From Selaginella moellendorffii (lineage: Eukaryota; Plantae; Lycopodiophyta), in NCBI RefSeq assembly GCF_000143415.4, contig NW_003314326.1, positions 186,001 to 250,000 on the forward strand: a stretch of 64,000 nt of DNA. Direction: 5' to 3'. The position numbers were made by a program, and so were the translations under genes. Shown in pieces: positions 23,226 to 35,583 of the stretch. The number at the start of each line of letters is the position of its first letter. Within the stretch, counting starts at the first letter, position 1. The notes beneath the pieces are model-generated. The model did not search any database. It had not been told where the DNA came from and saw only the letters and a list, made by a program, of their open reading frames with translations.

Positions 23226-23390
23226 TATGACTCTACCCTTTGTTCTTTCCTTTTTCAAGGAAATAAAAATGTGCGTCACGGCTGACAAATCGTTATGCCT
23301 TTCTTATGCAGCTCATCTTCGCAGCGGGAGAACGCTTTTCCGCACGCTGGTGACGGCATACGCGTGTGCTCATGTCCAACATTTCCGGCA

Positions 23391-24623
23391 TCAATGCCCA
23401 AGGAAAGAGCTTGAATGGATTCGATGAGCAGCAAACAATGCAGCCCAAGCAACGGAGTCAGGAATGAATGGCATGGTGTCAAGGAGCTCCTGTGCCATCT
23501 CTACACGTCCAGCTCGCCCCAAGAGGCACACCACGGAGCAGAAGTGCTCCATTGCAGGAGCTATTCCATGGTCGCCCGCCATGAGCAGGAACAAATGCCG
23601 GGCTTGTTCAAGAAGACCAACATCGTTGCTAGCAGCTAGAACACTCAACACTGACCTCTGGCTCACGTCCGCCCCTTCCATTGTCATGGTGCGAAGCAGC
23701 TGGATCGATTGCGTGTAGCTGCGGCGTTGCGACTGTGCCGCTCCCATGATGTTCCAGGAAACTGTATCACGCTCGGGCATGGAATCAAACACTTGTTTTA
23801 CAAACTCGACGTTTCCGTACTGGCAATTGATTTGGAGCAATCCGGTCCAGGACACCAAATCTCGCTCCGGCATTGAGTCGAACACCAGCTTTACGCCCTT
23901 CAAGTCGCCATTGCGGCAATATGCAACGAGGAGAACGTTCCATGTTACCAACGTCGACTCGGGCATCTTCTCAAAGGTGGTCATTGCCGCTTCCAAATGC
24001 CCAGAAGCGGCATAAGTGTAAACCATAGCCGTCCATGCCACGACATCGCACTGGGACATAGAAGAAAACACGCATGCCGCATTTTCTACGTGCCCCGCGC
24101 TTGCAAAAGCACGCAGCATGGTGGTCCAAGACGCAAGATCCTTTTCCGGCATCGAGTCATACGTGTGCTTTGCAGCGTGTAGATGCCTGTTTGAGGCATA
24201 CGCCGCAAGCAAAGCGTTCCATGTCACAGTGTTGCGCTCCGGCATTAAATCAAACAGGGCTTGAGCCTCATAAACGTTACCTCGTTTTGAGTAGGAGTGG
24301 ATCATAACTGTCCAAGAGACGACGTTTCTGGCCGGCATCCGATCAAACAGAACTCTAGCTTTCTCCATATGCCCATTACGGACATATGCCTCGAGCACAA
24401 TGGTCCACGAGAACACGTTGGGTCCGGCCATGCAACAGAAGACACGCTCAACCTCGTCGAGGCAGCGACACCTACTGTACATCTTCATCACCAAGTTGAT
24501 GAGATATGTGTCATCGCCAAGCCCGCTCGCCACCATCTGCCTGTGGAGCAGTCGAATGCGCGACGGCTCTGTGGAGCTCCCCAGAAGCGAGCTGAAGCGC
24601 CTCCGTGTGCAAGCGAGTTCCAT
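23391..24623 (-). CDS. PLS-class PPR protein, E region truncated
   Basis: 410-aa ORF of ~31-aa repeats; HFCSVVCLLGRAG...DSVAWAALFAAH, then an early stop. Confidence 0.88.
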   Translation of the reverse strand: MELACTRRRFSSLLGSSTEPSRIRLLHRQMVASGLGDDTYLINLVMKMYSRCRCLDEVERVFCCMAGPNVFSWTIVLEAYVRNGHMEKARVLFDRMPARNVVSWTVMIHSYSKRGNVYEAQALFDLMPERNTVTWNALLAAYASNRHLHAAKHTYDSMPEKDLASWTTMLRAFASAGHVENAACVFSSMSQCDVVAWTAMVYTYAASGHLEAAMTTFEKMPESTLVTWNVLLVAYCRNGDLKGVKLVFDSMPERDLVSWTGLLQINCQYGNVEFVKQVFDSMPERDTVSWNIMGAAQSQRRSYTQSIQLLRTMTMEGADVSQRSVLSVLAASNDVGLLEQARHLFLLMAGDHGIAPAMEHFCSVVCLLGRAGRVEMAQELLDTMPFIPDSVAWAALFAAHRIHSSSFLGH

Positions 24624-24791
24624 GTACCGCTAAGCTAAGCCATTGCCGTGTGTCACGGCCTCTAAGAAAGTGACAATCGTTTCCAAGGTGTCTGTCTATA
24701 GTGAACAAATGCCGCCACCTGGTATCGCTCTATAGAAACATCTGGACTCTTGTAATCTACAACTAGAAACAATGTTAAGGCTTGATGTGAA

Positions 24792-25783
24792 TCAGCCAAC
24801 TCTGAACGAATCCTGGATGCTTCGCAGTTCCCTGGCATGCTTCCGCCATTGGAGTCCTACACAAAGAGAGAGAGATAGATTGGAACACAGAACTTCGTGA
24901 GAAGAAAAACTTACCGCTCGCGTTGACAGACATGAGATAGAGCCTGTTCCCAGCGGCTGTTGCCGTGATGAGTACGTGTGGCTCCAGCTCGTACTGGTAG
25001 TAAGTTCTCCCATCGTACTGCTTCACTTCCATGTCTTTGACGCTGCCCTCGATGTTCTTGCCGGTCACCTCTGGCCCGAACGCGTCGATCACCTTCTCTG
25101 GTGGTCCGATCTCTTCGATCTTGGCATTGTCATCGATTGCTGCCACCATCCAAATCGATATGAGTCTAGATGCTTTGAGACACTCTAGCTACTCACTGTC
25201 TGAAAATCTCCTCACGGGAGCCACAACGACTGCGATGCTGCCTTCTTCGCTGCTGGCAAACCGGAGGTCAATCTCGGTTCCACCCAGGTCCGCTATAGAC
25301 ACGGGAACCTGTGCATTACGAAAGTATATTGCGGATGGACATGGAGAATGTTCACGGAGCCTACCTCTTGCCAGTTTTGTGGAACTCGGAAAGAGTATGG
25401 TATCATGGGACTCCAGCCCACGCCATGGCCGCCAGATTTCTCATCGGGTCTTCGGTACGTTCTGATGCCTGTACAATGAAAGATGTGATCTTGGAATCAA
25501 TGGAAATTTCACTCTCACCATTCTCGTCAGGAAGGGAAAGGCCGGGAACGCGTCCCGCAAGGAGGGTTTGTGACACCGCGATTGCCTCTTGGTGGTGGAC
25601 GCAGCTTTGGTGGAGAATGAGCGATCCTCCAGCCAGGAGGAAATTCCTGCGGTGGGTGCTATGAAAACCATTACCACACTCGCCTTGCACATCGCCCGAG
25701 GAAAGAGCTCGCGCTAGTACTCGCAATCGCAATCGTAGCGCCGGCACGCAGCCAAGGCGTCCACCACCGCAAGCCAGGGCCAT
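24792..25783 (-). CDS. PPD4: PsbP domain-containing protein 4, thylakoid lumen
   Basis: RR-type transit peptide, AGRVPGLSLPDENG, RTYRRPDEKSGGHGVGWSP, VPVSIADLGGTEIDLRF, FGPEV, HVLITATAAGNRLYL, GLQWRKH. Confidence 0.92.
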
Positions 25784-25879
25784 CACTTGGACCTAGAATA
25801 TGCGAATCTCGATTGCATTTGGTTGGAGAAATCCTGGATGATAAAGTTGCAAATTATAACACTTGAGTGAAATATCCAG

Positions 25880-26190
25880 GAGCGATCATTCCGCATGAAT
25901 GGTGTTTTTGCAGGCAACGTCGATCTTCCTCCCTGCCACACCTGGAACGGCTAAAGGTCGTCGCGCCAAAGATAAAGAAATCCGCATATAAAGTCCAAAG
26001 TTCTCGCAGGGTACTTGTTATGGTTGTAGAAAATGAGCAAGATAGCATCCCAGTGGTCAGCTTGGCCAAAGTTCTTGCAGGGTACTTGTTATGGTTGTAG
26101 AAAATGAGCAAGATAGCATCCCCAATGGTCAGCAACAACTTGTCTATCTCCATCTCCCGGTTGACAATATCTCGAAAACGCGCTCACACA
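25880..26190 (-). pseudogene. Highly decayed, inverted remnant of the same P-loop NTPase family
   Basis: Minus strand reads tcaaccgggagatggagatagacaagttgttgc, versus ttcaaccgggagatggagatagctaaggtggacaagttgttgc at ~22096-22139. Weaker matches to ~22288-22365 follow. Confidence 0.65.
25995..26133. repeat. Two-copy 71-bp tandem repeat
   Basis: ccaaagttct(c/t)gcagggtacttgttatggttgtagaaaatgagcaagatagcatccc at 25995 and 26066. Confidence 0.9.
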
Positions 26191-26287
26191 AAAAGAATCA
26201 GGAGCGATCTCGGCCGTTGAACGCTTGAAGAATCCACGGCGAGGTGGTTACGCCTTTATATTGCTGACTTGGCACTACTGTGGTGGC

Positions 26288-26297
26288 GCCACGTGTC
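26288..26297. promoter_or_regulatory. G-box/ABRE-like motif upstream of CPR
   Basis: GCCACGTGTC about 250 bp before the CPR ATG. Motif match only. Confidence 0.35.
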
Positions 26298-26539
26298 AGT
26301 CAAAGGCGCCAGGTCTGGTAGGTGTGAACGGTGGCTGGCCGCGTGGACTGGTTGCAGTAGTGTTGTGGAATTGTGGGCAGCGCAAATCCCCCATTCTTTT
26401 TGTGGAGGGCTCCTGGGGCTGGGAAGCGAATTGGAGGAACAAGAGATCAATCCCTCCTCCCTCCTCTGCTATTTCCGGCCCAGCGATAGCTTCATTCTCA
26501 TCGATTTTTAGGTCTTCATTTTAAGCGCGCTCGCAGCAA

Positions 26540-29500
26540 ATGGAGCAGATGGGCGGAGGAATGGAGTCGTCGAGCCTGGATTTCGTGCTGGCGCTCTTGG
26601 GCGTCAAGGGGATGGCGTCCACCAACATCTCCCCGCTCACCCTGCTGCTGTCGGCGCTGCTCCTCGTGGCCGGGGCGCTCTTCCTCTGGTGGAAGGCAGC
26701 TGATGCCGGCAAGCGCGTGGCGGAGCCGCCCACAGTGGTGACGCCAATTGTGGAAGCCGAGGAGGAGGAGGCCGATGATCTAGCAGGCTACACGAGCAAA
26801 GTGACCGTCTTCTTTGGCACCCAAACCGGAACCGCGGAAGGTTTTGCAAAGGTGTGGTTTTTGTTTATATTTCTCGCTCCCTCTTTTTGGCGTCTTCGCT
26901 CCAGCCAGCTTCCGGGATTGATTTTTCGTGTTCTTCTAGGCCCTGGTCGAGGAAGCAAAGTCTCGATACGACAGGGTTCTCTTCAAGGCCGTCGACTTGG
27001 TAAACTTCTTTTCTTCGTTCTTTCCAGTCTTTCTAAAGGCTACTCTTTGTTCCAGGACAACTACGCAGCGGACGACGACCACTATCGGCTCAGGCTCAAG
27101 AAGGAGAAGCTGGCCATCTTTATGCTCGCAACGTGAGAATCTCGTGTGGAGTTTAATAATCTCTGCCAAGCAGCGTTTTGTGAACTGTGCATCTTTGTGT
27201 TCTTTGCAGGTATGGTGACGGAGAACCGACGGACAATGCGGCCAGGTTCTACAAATTCCTTACGGAGGTAGAAGACTCTTTTTCTTTTCCTTGGAATCTT
27301 TAAGTAAGATCGATCGACTTGCAGGGTGGTGACGAAAGAGGCTTGTGGCTGAACGAGATGACTTACGCGGTGTTTGGTCTGGGCAACCGCCAGTACGAGT
27401 ACTTCAACAAGGTAGACCGACCGTTCATCCTTTTGCGATTGCTGATAGTTAAAACTTGATCTCGTCACAAGGTTGGAAAGGACGTGGACGAGGAATTGGA
27501 GAAGCAAGGTGCCAAAAGGCTTGTTCCCTGTGGAGTTGGCGATGACGACCAATGCATCGAAGACGATTTCTCCGCCTGGTACGACTCTCTAAGTGCTAGT
27601 GCTTAAAGGCTTACGCGTGTTTCTACACACAGGCGCGAGCAGCTATGGCCGGAGCTTGACGCTTTGCTTCGGAACGAGGACGACGTTGCCATTCCTTCCA
27701 CTACCACTTACACGGCAGCTGTCAGCGAATACCGAGTTGTAATTCATGAGAAGCTAGCAAAACTCGTCGAAGGGAGCTTTCTCCCGGTGGAAAACGGTGG
27801 GCCTGTCGTTATTGATATGAACCATCCTTGTCGGTGAGAGCCTCTTTTCATCTTGTTGCTTTTAGTTCTCCTCTCATTTATTGTGCCCGGGATTCCAGAG
27901 CCATCGTGGCCGCTCGGAAAGAGCTCCATACGCCCTTGTCCGACAGATCGTGCACCCACTTGGAGTTCGACATAGCTGCGACTGGCATCAGGTACGCTAA
28001 AGCCCTCTCTTTTATCTCAAGCTCACACATATAAGTCTTGTGATTTTATTTAGTTACGAGACTGGAGACCATGTTGGTGTGTACGCTGAGAATTGTCACG
28101 ACGTTGTGGAGGAGGCTGCCAATCTTCTAGATTATACGCTGGACACAGTCTTTTCACTTCACACAGACACGGAAGATGGCACTCCGTTGCCTGGTAGCCT
28201 TCTTCCGCCATTTCCCACACCCTGCACTCTAAGAACTGCCTTGGCTCGTTATGCCGACTTGCAAACTCCTCCTCGCAAGGTAATGCACATCGGCCACCCC
28301 AAGTTTCTGTTCTCCTAACCTTTGCTTTTTGTCTGTGTAGGCTGTGCTTGCTGTCCTTGCGGCATATACATCAGAGACTAGCCATGCAGACCGTTTGAAG
28401 CACCTAGCATCGCTGCAAGGAAAGGTTGGTTGTGATCGTACAGGGTTTACATTTTCCAGCTTGTCTTGACTTTGGTGATGTTTTCCTGCAGGAGGACTAT
28501 TCGCAATACATTTCTTCGTGTCAAAGGACCCTGCTGGAGGTTTTGGCTGACTTTTCCTCTGTCAAGCTGCCACTCGGGGTCTTCTTCGCTTCAGTGGCTC
28601 CGCGTTTGATGCCAAGATATTATTCCATCTCGTCCTCTCCAAAGTACGTCCTTTCTCGCCTACTCCTGTGCTCACTGTCATTGCTGCGCAGGTTTGCGCC
28701 CACTAGGATTCACGTCACTTGCGCGTTAGTTCATGGACCAAGTCCAACTGGCCGCCTGTTTAGAGGAGTTTGCTCTACATGGATGAAGGTTTGAAATTTT
28801 TTTTCAAGTGTCCGTCTCTAACTAGGAAACGCTTGTGTGACAGAATGCTCGCTCCGCCGAAGAGGCCGGCGATGACTGCAGCTGGGCTCCTATATTTGTG
28901 CGACAATCAAACTTCAAGCTTCCTGCGGACCCGAAAATTCCCATCGTGATGATAGGACCTGGCACCGGCCTGGCACCTTTCAGAGGATTCCTCCAGGTGT
29001 TTTTTTCTTGTGTGATTTATTTTATTCCTGGAACTCATTTCTGTTACTTCTCAGGAAAGAGCTGCTCTACAAGATTCGGGTGAACAACTGGGGCCCTCGG
29101 TTCTTTTCTTTGGATGCCGCAATCGGAATCAGGTAAATGTGTTTCTCGTTTTTTGTGTTGTTTTGTCCGCAACGCCCAGTCTTGTGAGCAGGATTTCATT
29201 TACGAGCGCGAACTGAACGAGTATGTGAGCAGAGGAACTTTGGCAAACCTGTACGTGGCCTTTTCGCGAGAGGGCTCCACCAAGGAATACGTCCAACACA
29301 AGATGCAAGACAAGGTGCGTTTGTTATCTCCTGTATCTCTCTCGTCTCATACTGCTTGTTTTGTTGTTCCTTCTTTCAGGCTACTGACTTGTGGAGACTT
29401 CTGTCTAACGGGGCCTACTTGTATGTCTGCGGCGATGCCAAAGGAATGGCTCGCGACGTTCACAAGATGCTGCTTACCATTGTCCAAACCGAGGTGAGTT

Positions 29501-29618
29501 TTTGTGCTTACCACCGATGCAAAAGTCAACTTTTTCTTGGCAGGGCAACGTCAAGGAAGCTGAGGCTTTTGTCAAGCAACTGCAAAACGATGGTCGATAT
29601 TTGAGAGACGTCTGGTGA
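26540..29618 (+). CDS. CPR: NADPH-cytochrome P450 reductase
   Basis: N-terminal membrane anchor, [88 protein letters not shown], terminal YLRDVW*. Many short introns. Confidence 0.97.
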
Positions 29619-29822
29619 TTGCTTTACCTGCGAAGTGATTGAAACAAGGAAACGACGTACACTACGAATTTTGTAGTTAGCATTCATTGAGAGACGAATT
29701 GTCTCTTGCTGTATTCAACCGACTCCAAACCATTTCACCCATTAATTAACGCAACTTCATACTTTGTGCTTGCGAAGTAAACGTGAATCAATCTCAATGC
29801 AATAACACTTTGTTCACTTGAG

Positions 29823-32800
29823 CTACTTGTGCTCATGGTATACGAGAAACTCCAGCTCGAAGATCCGTTCCTGGTGCTTCTTGTTCAGCTCTCGCAGCTC
29901 CGCCATGGCCTTGTGAAGATCTGCGTTAGCAAGCTGGAGTTGCTCCAGCTTCGCATTGCACTGCTCCAGCTGCTTTTCCAACTCCGCCTTACCATTCTTT
30001 GTCTCCGCCTCCAGCTTGGCCATGCGATCCATCACTTCATCTTGCATCGCCGCCAGGAGGCCTTCCGCATGGAGCTTTTTCTCCTTCGCATCTTTTACCT
30101 CGGCCTGGAGACTAAGCTTTTGCTCCCTGGTATCTTTCACCTCGGCCTGCAAACTAAGCTTTTGGTCCCGGGCGTCTCTCACCTGGGCCTCCAACTCTTT
30201 AACCTCCCCCGACAAGGCAGTATACTTGGCCACCAATCCCTTCCCCGCATCCGTGGACACGTTCACCGTGGGTGGCAAACCTGGTGTCAGCTGCGCCCAC
30301 TCCGCAACCGTGAGCCCCTCGAGACCATCTGTATGTAACAGGTTAGTTCACCGTGGAAGAAGACTCGCGGCACCTATGACATAGTGAACGAAGTCTTTGG
30401 GATCAAGCACGCTCCTCGTGGGGAGAAGCTTCTGTGCACTCCTCAGGCATTCCTCGACCGTGGCTTTGGCTGGCGCTGCCAACTTTGCTACCTTTGTGAA
30501 GGCTAAGTCCGGCTCCATAAACTCGACACATATCCTCACCTGTGCATCCTGTGTTACGTGGGAAAGTATGTGAGAATCCCAAGCGTTACCTCATCAGGGC
30601 CAACAGAAGGGTCCACGGTAGCCTTCGCTTTACCTTTGTGCTTCTCGCGCTTCTTGTTACCCATACTACCTCGTCAAAAACCCTACCCCCGACCCTCTTT
30701 ATGGCGGAGAATCACTCCACAATGGGACTGTCCTCCACATCATCTTGAACGTCTGGTACTGACTTTGGTTCTCCCAGTGTGTCACCTTCCTCCTGAAGAA
30801 GGGCCTCCTCGTCACCTTCTTGCATCTGCTGTGACGCTGGCTGCTCTTCCTCGTCTTGTCCACAGAAGCGAAGCACAAACTGCCTGAACGTCTGCACCGC
30901 GGAGTTGACGTCCACCTTCTGCTGCATTAAGTCTTGCAGCACCTCCTTTGAGAAATCATACTCGTCTTTGCTTGCGTTCACTTTTTCTGGGTCGATATCA
31001 TCTTGGACCTGTGGAAATGGCAAAACGTGTGACGATGAGTTGATAGTAGTGAATAAATTTCCATAGATTGCTAGTTACCTGTGACCAGGTCTTCTTGAGA
31101 AGGTCGAATACAGTGCTGGCAGGCGCTTCAATGCCGTGGTTATAGGCTATTTGAGCAAAGGCCTGTGGACTGATGCTGTCTCCTCCATCCGGCATCATCA
31201 ATAGTGTCTCCCTGAACATCCTGATTGCACTTTGCTGCGAGATCGATGAATCTGCAGTAGTGACAATCTCTCGGAACTCGCTGAACGTCAAAACTCCATC
31301 TTGATTTGCGTCTCCGGCAATGAACAGATTCTCCAGCTCGGTTGCCTGAGATACTTTAACATCAAAACCACGTAAAATCAGAAGGCCTTAATACCTTATC
31401 CTTGGGAACTGGCTTGCTGACTTGAATGCTCTTTCTCCGTTCGTCTTGTATGGTGTCCTGGATAAACAAGAATAGCGAGGACTCTCAGAAGCTGTATCTC
31501 CTTTTCTTTTCCTGTTCTTACCATCTTATGTGGATAGACCGCTAGTATCGCCTCCACAAGCAGGTCCCAATCAACTTTTCGTACTTCACTTTCCTTCACA
31601 AGCTTCCTGATCTGCAAAGTTCACAACTTTTACTTTGAAAGGAAAACAGCAAAGTCAAGACTTACCTCTGGTGACGCCTTTTCAGTCACTGCATTCTTTG
31701 CAACGTACTTCTCCACGAACGACAATGCTGCTCCCTGGCTTCCAAAGTAGGCAACGAGATTGGGCTCGTCGGCAATGAAAGCGTACTGGGATGCATTCAA
31801 GAATATAAGACCGTCGTCTTGGTCAGATGGAAGCAGCACTCCTGTTTTGCTTGAAGCTCGCTGAAGGATTTTAAGGTAGAGATAGAGATCGGGCTCGCTG
31901 TAGTTGTTGGTTTCGTCCATACCAACAAACCGGCTGAAGACTCTGATCTGCCAGGACGTAGAAAAGCATATTAGAAACTTCTCCATTACGGCTTTAATGC
32001 CTGCCTACTTTATGATGCTTCTCAATCTCCTTGTTGGTGATGAGTGTCTTGACCGTCTTAAAAACACCAAAGATCGCTGACTCGCTGAGACCTTTGAGTC
32101 CATACTGATTAAGCATGAAATCATAGACAAACTCGCAACAAGTTTGCCGCTCATTATTGCAAGAGTCATCGACAGAATCTGCGACAATTTTGCTCACGTA
32201 CACCGACGCAATTAGCTTTGTTAGCTGCAGAACCGGAAGAGTATCTATAGATCAGGCCGAAGAAACAAAATAACAGAAAGAAGACGATGCTTTACCTGCC
32301 GAACGTTGAAAAATTTTACAGTCTTGGGCGGGTTGTAAATCTTCATCATCTTTGCAAACCCGAGAGGCACGTAAGACTTGAGCTGGGAACCAAATTTGCT
32401 TCCTTTGGATTTCCTGCTCTTCCTCATCTCACTGGGCCTGCCGCTGCTTGGGCCGCCCTCTATGAAAGAAACTTTTGCGCCCTCTACGGCAACAGAACCC
32501 CGCTTCCCTTGCATCAAGCTCTTGTGCCGCTGCATAAACTTCTCCCTGAACTTGTCGCCCAAAACTGTTCCAGTCATCTCGCAATACTTTTTGAGAAGGA
32601 CCTCAATCTTCTCTGCCAATGCACCCTCCATCGGGAGCCTGTCGAGCAAGCCTATAGTGTCCACCGCAAGTGTCTCGAACTCTTTCAAGCGTTCGACGAT
32701 TGGGGGGCCTTCGGCTTTGTCCTTGCCAGCAGCTTCGGGATCAACCCATCCCCCAGCTAGAGCTTTCAAGTCGTCAGCACTCAGCTCAGCTTGTGGAGCT

Positions 32801-35445
32801 GCTCCTCCTGCTTCTGCTTCTGCTCCAGCTCCCTCTGCCTCTGCCTTGACCTCTTTTTCCACCTCCTCACCACCTTTTTCTTTGGCCTCGACTATCTTCT
32901 TTGGTGGAAATATATTTGGCGGCGCGCTTTGGCATCTTCTCAGTCCCTTGCTGGGATCGGTCTGTGTGTAATCGTCTCGTCGATTTGTCTCTGAAACAGG
33001 CACCGCTGTCTGCTGCTTTTCACCTTCCTCAAGTTGCTGGAGCTCTTCTTCTGTCAGCTGTTCAGTAGATTCATCGGCTCCTGCTTTTTTGCCAGCTTCT
33101 GCTCCCTCGGTTTGTGCACCTTCGGCAGTAGCTCCTCCGGCCTCAAGTTTCTTGCGCTCCTCCTCCTGTCTCTTCAGCTCGAGTTGCTTTTTAAGTTCCT
33201 CCTCCTGCTGCTTCAGTTCCTCTTCCGTGGGTTCGTGCGTGTATCTGAACGATATCGACCGCTTTTTCAGGTTGACGAGATACTCGTTCCGGGATCTGGG
33301 TGACATGTTCTCCGTGCGACACAGCCGACACCTCTTGATCTTCCTCATCTCAATGTCCTTGTCTTTGAGTTTGGCCCGTATAACGTCATACTGGTCCCTG
33401 TAAAAGTCGTGATCGGAAAGCATCCGCGACAGGTGATCTTTCGCCCCTTCTAGATCATCTCGTAGCCGCTTCATTTCATCTTCTGTAGCATTGAGCTTTG
33501 GTTCCGCTCGCACAAGAACCTGAGCGTGCATGCAAATAGACTAGTTAAGGTTTGTAAGGTTAGCACGCTTTCGACTAGTACCTGATTGAAAATACGTAGC
33601 AATTGCCTCCAAAGATGGAGAAGGAGGTTTCCACGCTCTTCGCAATGGATATCCACCTGCCATGTTTATCTAACTCCAACAGTAGAGCCATGAAAGAAGA
33701 ATATTTGCACACATACCTGACGAACGATTTCTAGGAAGGCAATAGAATGAAGAACAAACGCGGCTTCCACGTTCTCAAAACGTCCATCCACTTTCTCACA
33801 ATGGTTCTTTTGCATTGCATGCTGCAGCCAATCTCCGAGCAGTTGCACGTCCTCTCTTTTACCTGGCTGTTTGAATACAAATAATCACACCCGAGGTTTT
33901 TCGACTACTGCAAAGTATTACCTGAAGAGCAGGAAAGACAACCGTATACCATCTCTTATCGAATGGACTGTAGGTGAACTTGCAGTCGGGTCTTCCCAGA
34001 AGTTCTGGCTGCCAGACAAAAACGTTATCAACCGGTATGACTGACAGTGCGAAGAGTACCTGGACGACATACTTGTTCACAACATAGTCCTCGACGGGAA
34101 TGTAAGAAGGCAGAGAAGAAGGAGGTGGAGCAGCGCTCTTGTGTGGTTCCAGGGACTGCTGCTGATCCTGCGGAGGGTCGTCCTTTGCTTGTTTTTCAAC
34201 AGCTACAGGCTCGTTGTCGACTTCAGTGAGATGAGCAGCAGCAGCAGGAGCAGCAGGCTCAGCGTCCTTGGCGCTAACATCTTCGTGCTTGCTTCCTTCG
34301 ACCTCGTCAACATTCTTAGAGAGCTCGGTACCTTGGTCACCAGGGATTGGAGAGACGACTGGATTAGTGCACTCGACAAAACGGATTATGAGCTCCCTGA
34401 CTTTCTCGAGTAGAAGCCGGTCCTTGACTAAGAAACCAGCCTCCGGCGGAACCCTGTTCACCCTGGCTTCCATGGCTTCCCACTCGGCTCTTATCTCGCG
34501 GACGTGCTCGCCTGCAAGTTGAGGGATGGATTCCATCTGCGTCAGACGAGTGCTGTGTGAAGCTGCTATAAACGAGGAGTCCAGTTAACGGTTCATCGAT
34601 GCCACGAGCTCACAAGAACAAAAAAGAAAAGTTACCTGGATGAACATCTCGCGGATTTCCGTGTCTTTGAGACCAATCGCTTGGAGCAGCCACTGCTTTG
34701 CACTGATTGGAACAGTCGCCGAGGCCACAGTCCCGGACTTGGTCTTCCGTATAGCATGAGGAACGTTCGACTTTCTCCCGGCGCCATAGTCCGGAGGTCT
34801 CAAGTGAGGAACTGCTCGAACGCCTTCTCTGGAAGCCCCGGTGAGCTTGGTGAGATAGTCCGGAACTTTCATAAGGAGTCCTCTCTTGCAGAAGGTGTCC
34901 ACCACCTCCTCTCTCTCCACGACTTTGTCGCGTGGCTTGCTTCCAGAGGAGTAGCCGCCGGGGATCCTCGGCGTCCTCACCGCAGCACACGCCTGGAGCC
35001 TCTCACTCACAAGCTCGGCCATGTCCGCCGCCTTGGAGCTCCCGCAAGTGGAGCTCGCAACCTCCCTAGCGGCGGCAGCTCCCACCCTCCGCCCCCTCCT
35101 CTCCTCCTGGACGTGCTCCTTCCTCTGGAACCCCGTGTGCTCGTGGCTGGACAGGCGAGTGGGAGTGGTGGACGGACCTCTGTGCGATGCAATGCGGCCC
35201 AAATCCACCGACGCCGATCGCTTGAACACATCGTGGGAGAAGGCCGAGCGAGACGACGCCTGACCCACCTCGAATGCCCGCCTGCTGGGCGACGGCGATC
35301 GATGCGACACGGTCGCCCTTGCCAATGCCGCCCCTTCCTCGCGGCTTGGGATGCATCGCTTGAGCTTCAGCACGGATCCGCGCAGCCACGACGAGTTGAT
35401 GCCGCTGCCCTTGTCCTGCGGCGCCGGAAACTTGTCCAGCAGCAT
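29823..35445 (-). CDS. Large coiled-coil protein with an axonemal dynein light chain-like domain, a TSNAXIP1-like helical region and an EF-hand (probable flagellar protein)
   Basis: REDVQLLGDWLQHAM...AFLEIVRQVDIHCEERGNLL (Ax_dynein_light-like); YVSKIVADSVDD...EFVYDFMLNQYGL...IRVFSRFVG; GDANQDGVLTFSEF; C-terminal coiled coil with 14-aa repeats. Many exons; the last exons may belong to a separate gene. Confidence 0.7.
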
Positions 35446-35473
35446 CGCGCATTCTTCTCCTCCTCCCCCACGC

Positions 35474-35500
35474 TAGGGTTTAATCCCTCCAAAACCCTAA
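35474..35500. promoter_or_regulatory. Oppositely oriented telo-box pair in a ~140-bp bidirectional promoter
   Basis: TAGGGTTT (35474-35481) and AAACCCTAA (35492-35500) lie between divergent starts at 35445 and 35584. Confidence 0.55.
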
Positions 35501-35583
35501 ATAACGACCGTATTGCCGGCTGAAGTGTCATCTTGCGGTTTGAACCCTGGACCTCCTTTTTGGTTTTCGCCCTAATCGTGGCC

